64,000 nucleotides of DNA, from the IMG/VR virus record IMGVR_UViG_2865512620_000005, positions 481-64,480 of that record; one strand, given 5' to 3'. Positions 36,034 to 44,300 of the stretch are shown in pieces. A program made the translations under genes and the position numbers. The notes below the pieces were generated by a model, which was not told the DNA's origin, searched no databases, and worked only from the letters and a program-made list of their open reading frames with translations. Numbering within the stretch: the first letter of the stretch is position 1; every line of letters starts with the position of its first letter. This DNA comes from a virus. Lineage: Duplodnaviria; Caudoviricetes.

Positions 36034-37101
36034 ATGGCATTCGCAGTCGTAAAAGGACTCTCACTTCGCGCGACGAAGGTGGACCGCTGTGGCACCCCGC
36101 TGCCGGGCCTTGCGAACCGCATCGTCACCGACGGGTTCATTCGGGTCAACCTGGACCCGAACATGAAGGACGCCAACGAGCTGACGCAGGAGAACGCGGC
36201 CGGCAAGGAATGCGTGTCTGACCGCACCCCGCCCGAGCGTCGTTGGTGGAACACCGAACTGCAGCTCTGTGGCGTCGACCCGGATCTGTGGTCGATGGTG
36301 CTTTCGTGGGCTCGGGTGCTCGATTACGACGGCAACCCGATCGGTGTCCGCGACCGCAAGTCTGTCGATGCCGATACCGGTGTCATGTTCGAGGTCTGGA
36401 CCGGTGGTGAGGGTGACGACGATTGCCCGCCCCCGACCGACGATTCGATTTTCTCCGCGGCATCGACTGGAAAGCAGTACGGCTACCTGGCGTTCGCCGG
36501 CTCCGAGTTCGTGTCGGGAGCAATCCCCGTCGAGGCCGCGGTGTCGACGTTCACCATCAGCGGCCGGACCATCGCGCCGAAGAACTGGGGTCGCGGCCCC
36601 TACAACGTCGCCGCGATCGACAGCAACGGCACCCCAGGCCGCCTGCTGGTCCCGGCGTACAGCAAGGAAGACGACAACCACCTGCTGTTCTTCCGCACGC
36701 CCGTCGAGCCGCCCAAGCCGACCGACGGCGCGTGCGAGCTGAACATCTCGTCGGTGTTCGCGGCGCCGAACTACTACTTCGGTGGCCCGGCGTCCGAGCC
36801 GGCCGCGGATGTCGCTCCGCCGCAGCCGATCTGCAACGGCAAGAAGTACACCGTGGCCGTCTCCGGCACCGGCAACTGGAAGGCGAAGATCGGCACCGTC
36901 CCGTCGGCGAACATCGCACACACGGCACTGGCCTCCGCTGTGCAGTCGGCGATCGAGGCACTGTCCAACGTCGAGGTCGGCCAAGTGCAGGTGGTCGGTA
37001 CTGCGGGGAACTACACCGTCACGCTGGATCCGTCGCTGCCTGCGCTGACCGCGGACAGCACGGGCCTGACCGGCGGCACTGTGACCGTCACGCCCCTGTA
37101 G
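36034..37101 (+). CDS. Major tail protein with C-terminal extension
   Basis: LRATKVDRCG, ENAAGKECV, CGVDPDL, WGRGPYNV; AGGAGG RBS. Confidence 0.85.
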   Translation: MAFAVVKGLSLRATKVDRCGTPLPGLANRIVTDGFIRVNLDPNMKDANELTQENAAGKECVSDRTPPERRWWNTELQLCGVDPDLWSMVLSWARVLDYDGNPIGVRDRKSVDADTGVMFEVWTGGEGDDDCPPPTDDSIFSAASTGKQYGYLAFAGSEFVSGAIPVEAAVSTFTISGRTIAPKNWGRGPYNVAAIDSNGTPGRLLVPAYSKEDDNHLLFFRTPVEPPKPTDGACELNISSVFAAPNYYFGGPASEPAADVAPPQPICNGKKYTVAVSGTGNWKAKIGTVPSANIAHTALASAVQSAIEALSNVEVGQVQVVGTAGNYTVTLDPSLPALTADSTGLTGGTVTVTPL

Positions 37102-37115
37102 GCAGTTCTGGTCGT

Positions 37116-37147
37116 GGGTGGCACTCACTGCTTTGGGGGTGCCACCC
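37116..37147 (+). terminator. Stem-loop after major tail gene
   Basis: GGGTGGCAC...GTGCCACCC. Confidence 0.55.
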
Positions 37148-37190
37148 GCCCAGGGTCTTTCACCTTCCCCACGGTTGATCGGAGCGCCGC

Positions 37191-38681
37191 GTGACTTTCA
37201 CCCCGAAGACTTGGCATGACAGCCCGGACAGGTCGACGCCGATCACCGCTGCTGAGCTGAATCGGATCGAGCAAGGTGTTGGCGACGCTTTTATGGAGCT
37301 GACGTCGTTCGTGAACGTCAAAGCCCGGGCGTACGGGGCAAAGGGTGACGGCACCACCGACGACACAACGGCGCTCAACAACGCCAAGGCTGCGGCCGTA
37401 GCAGCGGGCCTGCCGCTGTACATCCCGAAGGGCACCTACAAGATCACCAGCACGCTGGACTGGATGGTCAACGACCTTGTGGTGGTCACCGATGGATCGC
37501 GGCTGTCGCAGATCCTGCAGGCCACGAACAACATTCCAGTGGTGAAGGTCGCAGGCGAGCATCAGCACATCGGTGGTCTCGGTCTCCGGTTCGCGTCGCA
37601 ACAGACCAGCGCCCAGACCTCCGGGATCGGTATGGCGTTCGGTGACGACGCCGTCGGCTCGTGCTTCGCCTCGCAGTTCTACGACCTGCGGTTCGTGAAC
37701 TGTGCCATTCCGATGGCGATGAACCCGGCGATCAATACAGTGGCTGGCCTGTTCTCGAGCCAGTTCTTTGGTATGGACATTACGTCCTACAGCATTTCTG
37801 CGATTGACTTCACCGGCGGCAATGATGTCGGTGCGTACGCGACCGGATGCGTCTTCAACAACACGTACCTCGGCAACAGTTCCGACGGCACCGCATGCTC
37901 GTCGTATGCGATCCGGCTGCGTGATTGGGACGAGGTGGTCTTCAACCAGCTGAATATCGAGCACGGAACCGTCAACACCACAGATGTTTTCGGTCTGATC
38001 CGGGTGAACAACCTCGTGGTCAACGATCTGCATTTCGAGAAGATCACCTCCAGCTTTAACGGCGCGGCCCTGATGTACCTGTCGAACTCGCGGGCCGTGA
38101 TCAACTCCGGGACGGCGCGTTTCAACACGTTTTCGGGGTCTGCGTCGAATCCGGTGTTCCGCATGTTCGGCACGTCGAAACTCGTCGTCAACAACTGGGT
38201 GGACAACTCCAACACTCGCACCACTCCGTCGCGGCCCGCGATCGACTTCGGTTCTGCTACCAACAGTTCCGCGCTGATCAACCACATGGATCTCGGACAG
38301 ACCACGGCGCGCCGGACCGGCGGCGACTCGACCGACGCGGCGATCTTCCACGATGAGATCGCGACGCGCGCACCGCGCACCGCGTCCGTCGCGTCCAGCG
38401 CTACCCCGTCGATCAACTGCGACACCACCGATCAGCTGAACCTCACCGCGCTGGCTGTGCCAATCACCGGCATCACGGTCACCGGAACCCCGCGGGACGG
38501 ACAAGAACTGACGATTCGGTTCAAGGACAACGGCACCGCGCAGGCCATCACGCACGGAGCCAGTTTCGTCGGAACACTGCTCACCACCACCGTTGCAGGA
38601 AAGACCCACGTGTGCACGTACCGGTACGACGCGGCGGCCGCCAAGTGGGCAGGGACCATCGCGAACACGGCTGGCTACTGA
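37191..38681 (+). CDS. Beta-helix (pectate-lyase-3-like) spike / putative depolymerase
   Basis: VNVKARAYGAKGDGTTDDTTALNNA..LYIPKGTYKI; N-terminal TW..TPITAAELNRIEQG anchor-like segment. Confidence 0.75.
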   Translation: MTFTPKTWHDSPDRSTPITAAELNRIEQGVGDAFMELTSFVNVKARAYGAKGDGTTDDTTALNNAKAAAVAAGLPLYIPKGTYKITSTLDWMVNDLVVVTDGSRLSQILQATNNIPVVKVAGEHQHIGGLGLRFASQQTSAQTSGIGMAFGDDAVGSCFASQFYDLRFVNCAIPMAMNPAINTVAGLFSSQFFGMDITSYSISAIDFTGGNDVGAYATGCVFNNTYLGNSSDGTACSSYAIRLRDWDEVVFNQLNIEHGTVNTTDVFGLIRVNNLVVNDLHFEKITSSFNGAALMYLSNSRAVINSGTARFNTFSGSASNPVFRMFGTSKLVVNNWVDNSNTRTTPSRPAIDFGSATNSSALINHMDLGQTTARRTGGDSTDAAIFHDEIATRAPRTASVASSATPSINCDTTDQLNLTALAVPITGITVTGTPRDGQELTIRFKDNGTAQAITHGASFVGTLLTTTVAGKTHVCTYRYDAAAAKWAGTIANTAGY

Positions 38682-38682
38682 C

Positions 38683-39441
38683 ATGCCCTTTGTCTGGCCG
38701 ATCGACCGCACCTGCTTGCCAGAGCTTCCGGTGCTGCCGGACACCCCGACCGCCGACGAGCAAGCCGCCTACGACGTCGCGCTGGCACAACGCAACGGCG
38801 CCGAAGACCTGGCGGTGCAGGTGCTGTGGGCGTTGTCCGGACGGCAGTTCGGTGTGTGGGAAACGACCGTGCGGCCCTGCCCGATCAACGTGAGCCTTTC
38901 CGGATACGAAATGCCCTGGGCGCAACCGTTTGTCTTGACCCTCGACGAGGGCCATTGGTTCAACTGGCCGTGCGGCTGCATCGGAAGCTGCACACTCAGC
39001 GGGCCCCGCGTGGTGCACCTGCCCGGACCGGTCGACGAGATCACCGCGGTGACCATTGACGGCGTGGCTCTCGACCCTAGTGAGTACCAGCTGGAGGGAA
39101 ACGTCCTGTACCGCAAGGGCGCATCGTGGCCACGTCAAGACCTCGGCCGGCCCCTGGGCGAGTCCAGCACGTGGTCGGTGACCTACACGCGCGGTAACCC
39201 CGTCCCGGCGGGTGTCGACCGCCTCGGTGGCCTGCTGGCCAAGGAATTCCTGGCCGCGTGCGGTGGCGGGAAATGCCGACTGCCCCGCAATGTTCGCAAT
39301 GTGTCGCGCCAGGGGGTCACCTACGAGGTGTACGACCCGCGCGACATCTACGCCAACGGCAAGACAGGTCTGGCCGAGGTTGACCTGTGGTTGGCCGCGG
39401 TGAACCCGAACCGTCTGGCCGAGGCCCCGGAGGTGCTGTGA
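38683..39441 (+). CDS. Head-to-tail adaptor
   Basis: VLWALSGRQFG..VRPC, CRLP..VSRQGV, TGLAEVDLWLAAVNP. Confidence 0.75.
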   Translation: MPFVWPIDRTCLPELPVLPDTPTADEQAAYDVALAQRNGAEDLAVQVLWALSGRQFGVWETTVRPCPINVSLSGYEMPWAQPFVLTLDEGHWFNWPCGCIGSCTLSGPRVVHLPGPVDEITAVTIDGVALDPSEYQLEGNVLYRKGASWPRQDLGRPLGESSTWSVTYTRGNPVPAGVDRLGGLLAKEFLAACGGGKCRLPRNVRNVSRQGVTYEVYDPRDIYANGKTGLAEVDLWLAAVNPNRLAEAPEVL

Positions 39442-39968
39442 GCAGCCCACAGTGTGTCGACCCGGCAGTGGAGGTCATCGCCGCCTTCACCAAGGGATTG
39501 CGGCAGGGATTCGACCCCGCGGGACCGTGCCCACCCGACGGCGGCGGCAGCGCCACAGTGCGGTTCTTCGCAGGCGACGGCGCGCTCCCCGCGTGGAACG
39601 CTGGCGACGACTGCGATGCACCGTTCCTGTGGGTGCGGGCCGCGCACCGGTACCACTCGCTACCCCGGACATTTCCGGATCCATTCACAGGGAACGCGGC
39701 TGACTGCACCGTCCAGCCGATCCGCGTGCTGGCCGTGGAGATCGGCGTCGGCCGGTGCACCACGATGGACGCCGAACCCGACTGGGACACCCTCGACGAC
39801 GAGGCAATCATGAGCCTCGACGACTCGTGGCGCATCGAACAGACGTTGCAGGCCGTCACCCGACGTCTACGCGGCCCGGACCGTGCAGTGGCCACCGATA
39901 CCGTGGCGCCGTACGGGCCGGCCGGCGGCATCATCGCGTGGACCGGAATGGCCTACGTCCAACTCTGA
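39438..39968 (+). CDS. Putative tail terminator / neck protein
   Basis: Position; VEIGVGRC, GPAGG. Confidence 0.55.
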   Translation: MSSPQCVDPAVEVIAAFTKGLRQGFDPAGPCPPDGGGSATVRFFAGDGALPAWNAGDDCDAPFLWVRAAHRYHSLPRTFPDPFTGNAADCTVQPIRVLAVEIGVGRCTTMDAEPDWDTLDDEAIMSLDDSWRIEQTLQAVTRRLRGPDRAVATDTVAPYGPAGGIIAWTGMAYVQL

Positions 39969-39981
39969 GAGAGGTTGTGCT

Positions 39982-40329
39982 GTGGCGCATCACGTGACTA
40001 TCGAAGGCAGTGTTACCCCGACTGATTGGCTGCCCCGCGGTGTGCGACGCACCGTCGAGGTGACCGAAGACATCCGCAAGCTCGTGGCGATCGGCGGCGC
40101 CATCGTGGTGGCGGGCGACCTTGATGAGCCCGACACCGTGGCCTACGGCGACGAGGAAGCCCCGGAGCCTGCCGACCACACCGGTGTGACGGAAAGCGAT
40201 CCCAGCGGCGTGACACCGCTGCCGACTGGCGATTTCGCGCCAGTAACCGAGCCGTCGATCGACGAGCCGGCCGCCGAGGATGAGCCGAAGGCCCGCCGGT
40301 CGCGCCGGCCGTCCAATGGCGACGGTTAG
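39982..40329 (+). CDS. Hypothetical protein
   Basis: GAGAGG RBS. Confidence 0.6.
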   Translation: MAHHVTIEGSVTPTDWLPRGVRRTVEVTEDIRKLVAIGGAIVVAGDLDEPDTVAYGDEEAPEPADHTGVTESDPSGVTPLPTGDFAPVTEPSIDEPAAEDEPKARRSRRPSNGDG

Positions 40330-40720
40330 AGCGCACGTCGAGCTCGATGAACGCGAGCTCAACGACCAGGTGCGGACGTTCGAGCGGCGCCGTATGGCGT
40401 CGCTGCAGCGGCGTATCGCCAACCAGGCGCGCGCTGACGTCCCGGTCGACACCGGGCACCTGGGGCAGACGATCGGTGAGGGGCAGATCCGTTTCACCGG
40501 GCCCCGCACCGTGAATGGCAGTGTCCACGCCCTGGCGAAATACGCGGCCCCGGTCCACGAGGGCAGCCGACCGCACCTGATCCGGCCCCGCAACGCGCAG
40601 GCGCTGCGATTCCAGATCGGTGGCCGCACCGTGTTCGCGAAGCTGGTACGTCACCCGGGCACGAAGGCACGGCCGTTCCTGCGTAATGCTGGGCTGCGCA
40701 TCGCATCCCGCGAACGCTGA
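40316..40720 (+). CDS. HK97 gp10-like neck protein
   Basis: VPVDTGHL, YAAPVHEGSRPH, HPGTKARPFL. Confidence 0.75.
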   Translation: MATVRAHVELDERELNDQVRTFERRRMASLQRRIANQARADVPVDTGHLGQTIGEGQIRFTGPRTVNGSVHALAKYAAPVHEGSRPHLIRPRNAQALRFQIGGRTVFAKLVRHPGTKARPFLRNAGLRIASRER

Positions 40721-40756
40721 CACGGGTTTGCACCACGCCGCAGCACCATGCTCGGC

Positions 40757-41326
40757 ATGCCTACCTATGCCTCGGATGGAACTGAACTGACCGACACCGT
40801 TGTCCCGGCCGCGTCGCCTGTCGTTGAGCAGGACGTCGCCGTCGTTGTCGACCCCGAACCCGAAGTCGTCGTTGAGCCGGAACCGCTGCCGTCGGAGCTT
40901 CACGCCGTCGACGAGGCCACCGTTCACGACGCCGAAGTGGTCGTGGTCGACGACGAACCCGCAGCCGACGGGAAGTGGGTGCACCAGTCCGAATGGAACT
41001 ACGACTGGCTCAACTACAACGGCGACATGCTGGCCTTCCGTGTGCCACACCAGAACGCGCTCACCGCGCTGTTCCAAGCTGGCCAGCAGTGCAGTCCAGA
41101 ATTCCAGGCCGACCTCACGGTGAAGTTCGTCAAGCGGCACATCTCGCAGGAGAGCATCGAGCGGGTCCTCGAGCGCATGTCAGACCCCGACGACGAGGCT
41201 TACACCAGCGTGGTGGGCGGCGTGTGGGGTGACTTGCTCAAGAGAATCGCGGAGATCGGCGGCAAGCGCGCCGTGAAGGACGCTGAGGCGCTGCTGGCGG
41301 TGCAGAGCGGGAAAGCCAAGGCGTAG
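40757..41326 (+). CDS. Tail assembly chaperone
   Basis: Immediately upstream of the tape measure gene. Confidence 0.6.
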   Translation: MPTYASDGTELTDTVVPAASPVVEQDVAVVVDPEPEVVVEPEPLPSELHAVDEATVHDAEVVVVDDEPAADGKWVHQSEWNYDWLNYNGDMLAFRVPHQNALTALFQAGQQCSPEFQADLTVKFVKRHISQESIERVLERMSDPDDEAYTSVVGGVWGDLLKRIAEIGGKRAVKDAEALLAVQSGKAKA

Positions 41327-41351
41327 CACCCTGTCTCGCTAGCTTGACCCG

Positions 41352-44300
41352 GTGACCACGCCCGTCGGATCGATCAAGCTTGACCTGAAGATCGACGGGT
41401 CGGCGATACCGGCTGAGACGCTGCGCGAGATCCAGAGCGCGTTGGGGCCGGTGCTGGCGGACATCCAACGCCGGCTCGATGAGGTTGAGCGCGACTATCA
41501 GCAGCTGGCGCGGGAGGCCGAAAAGTCCGCTGCCAAGCAGGTCGCGGCGAATGAAGCCGTGGCCAAGTCGGTCGACGACGTGTCGAAAGCGACGGATCGT
41601 GCTGCGCCGGCGGCCAAGCGGCAGAAGGCGGCCAACGACGGGCTGGCGAACTCGACGCGCAGCGTGACTGAGGCGCAGAACGAGCTGAACGCCGCGATCG
41701 ACATTTTCGGCCGCAAGTCGCCGCAGGCTGAGGCTGCGCAGAAGCGGCTGGCACGGGCGGAAGCGACACACACCACCGAGTTGCTGCGCGCGGCAGCGCA
41801 ATCGAAAGCGTCGACGGACAGCCAGGTCCGCGACTACGCGCGGTTGGCGCGCGCCGCAGAGGAATCAGCAGCGCGCCAGGCCGCGGCCCAGGCGGCTGCC
41901 GGCGGCGGCGGTCGCGGTGGCGGCGGTGGTCGGGGCGGTGTGCAGTGGCACGGCGGACGCGGCGGATTCTTCACCAGCCCACTAGGTCTGAACACCATCG
42001 CGCTCGGCGCCAGCGGCCTTCCCGCGGCCGCGACGGCGGTCGTGAACCTCACTGGCGCCGTTCAACAGCTCATCCAAGTCGGCGGCCTGGTGCCCGGCAT
42101 CATCGGCGGCATCGTGTCCTCCGTCGGCACCGCCAAGCTCGGTTTCCTGGGCCTGTCCGACGCGGTTACCACCGCGTGGGCCGCGGCGAAGTCTGGCGAC
42201 CCGAAGGACCTCCTGAAAGCCGTCGAGGCGCAAAAGGACCTCGCCGACTCGGCGAAAGCGACCGTCAAGGCTATCGTGGCGGTCCAGCCGCAGGTCGAGC
42301 GTCTGCAACGGGACATCGTGCAGCAGAACATGTTCGACGGCATCGACCAGACATTCACCGACCTGGCCAACAAGACGATGCCGACCCTCGAGAAGGGGCT
42401 CGGAGGCGTCAGTAGGACGTGGAACGCAACGTTCAAGGAACTCGGCCGCGTCGCTGGGCTCGACTCGACACAGTCGTTCCTGGACAAGATTTTCGGCAAC
42501 ACTGCAGAGGCGCAGACCCGGGCCAACGCGGCGATCGAACCGCTGATCCACGGGATCGGCACGCTCACATCAGAGTCGAGCGATTTCCTACCGCGTCTCG
42601 CTGATGGGTTCAAGGGGCTCACCACCCGGTTCGACAACTGGATCACCAAGTCGGTCGAAAACGGCAACCTCGACAAGTGGATCAACGAAGGTATCGACGC
42701 GGCCAGCCATCTCGGTGAGACGTTCCTGAGCATCGGCAAGATCCTCAACGACCTCACCACCGCGGCTGGCGGTGACGGCGGGTTCCTGAAATGGCTGGAG
42801 GATGCCACCACCAACCTGCACACATTCCTGACCAGCACCGAGGGACAGACCAAGCTCACCGAGTTCTTCCGCGAGGGCAAAGAGCAGCTGGCGAAGTGGG
42901 GGGAGATCCTCAAGAACCTCGGCCCGATTCTGGGTGGCGTCTACGACGGGATGAAGCAGTGGGGTGATGTGCTGCTGCCGATACTCCAGGCCGTCACTGG
43001 CGTGTTGGCCGGCATGCCGGGCGGGATCCAGGGTGTTGTGACGGCATTCCTGGCGTGGAAGACCATCACCGGCATCACCGACGTCATCGGCCATCTGACG
43101 AACATGGGCGGCCTGCTCGACGGAATGCCGGGCAAGGCAAAGGGTTCGGCGACGGGGTTCGCCTCTGCGTTCAATCCCGTCACGCTGGGGCTCACTGCGC
43201 TGTTCACGACGATCACCATGCTGGTCGAGAAGATCAAGTCCGACAACGAGTACGTGAAGTTGCAGGGCGATCCGAACGTGCCGCAGGAGGTCAAGGACCA
43301 GGCCACCGTCCAGAAGTTCTACCCCGATCTGGGTCGGCTCCCCAACGCTTCCGATCCGGCCAACCTGGGCATGCCTGAGAAAGGGTCGCTGCTTTACGAC
43401 CAGATGCTGCAGGACGTCAAGGACGGCAAGTTTCAGATCCCCGGCGTCGACCCCGCCAATGCGGACGCGACATTCGCGCAGATTGCGGAGCAAGCAGCCA
43501 ACGCGCGGAAGAACACCGAGCTGCTGGCCAACGACATCAAGACGTTGCCCGATGGCCAGGTGGTGCTCAAAGAGGACACCCCCGAGGCGATCCAGCGGGT
43601 CAAGGACCTCGGCTACGAGGTGCAGAAGCTGCCGGACGGAAACGTCACCGTGCGGGTGGTGTTCCGGGATCCGAACGGCAACCCGATCGACCCGTCGCAG
43701 CTCCGTACCCCAGGCTTCATTCCGGCTTTCCCTGGTGACACCACGGTCCCGAAGGGCGGTCGCGCCGATGGTGGTGTGCTGCCTGGCTATTCGCCGGGCG
43801 TGGACAACATGCTGGTGCCGATGTCCGGCGGTGAGGGCGTCATCATCCCGGAGGCCATGCGTGCCCTGGGCCCGGCGTGGCTGTACAACCTGAACTCGTC
43901 GTTCCGCAATGGCATCTCGCGCAGCGGCTACGCCGACGGCGGTGTGGTCGGCGGAATGCCGGGACTGCCCGAGGACACCACCGTGCTGGGGCTGCTGACT
44001 CAGATACGGGATCTGTTGGCCGGCAAGGGCGGCACGGCCAGTAACCCTCTGGCGGCGACGGCCGCGAACACCAGCAACATGAGCACCGCGGTCGACAAGG
44101 CCGGGGCCACCGGCCAGCAGCTCGGCCCATTCGGCACTCCGATCAAGCCGCGTCACCGCGGCTATGAGGCAGCCGCGGCCGCGATTCAGGCGCTCGGCGG
44201 GGACCCAGAGAAGTGGCTGGGCGCCGACCCGGCGACGCTGACCGTGGCGCAGGGCGGCATCCTGCCGAACCCCATCATGACCGCTGCTGGCCTGCCGGGT

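Noticed and set aside
37161-37190. Twelfth copy of the CAC-N10-YANNNT late promoter before the spike gene
   Set aside because: CAC is present but there is no -10 hexamer at the required spacing.
41230-41352. Programmed -1 frameshift in the tail assembly chaperone
   Set aside because: GCGGGAAAG near the end is not a canonical slippery heptamer, and there is no room for a downstream ORF before the tape measure gene.
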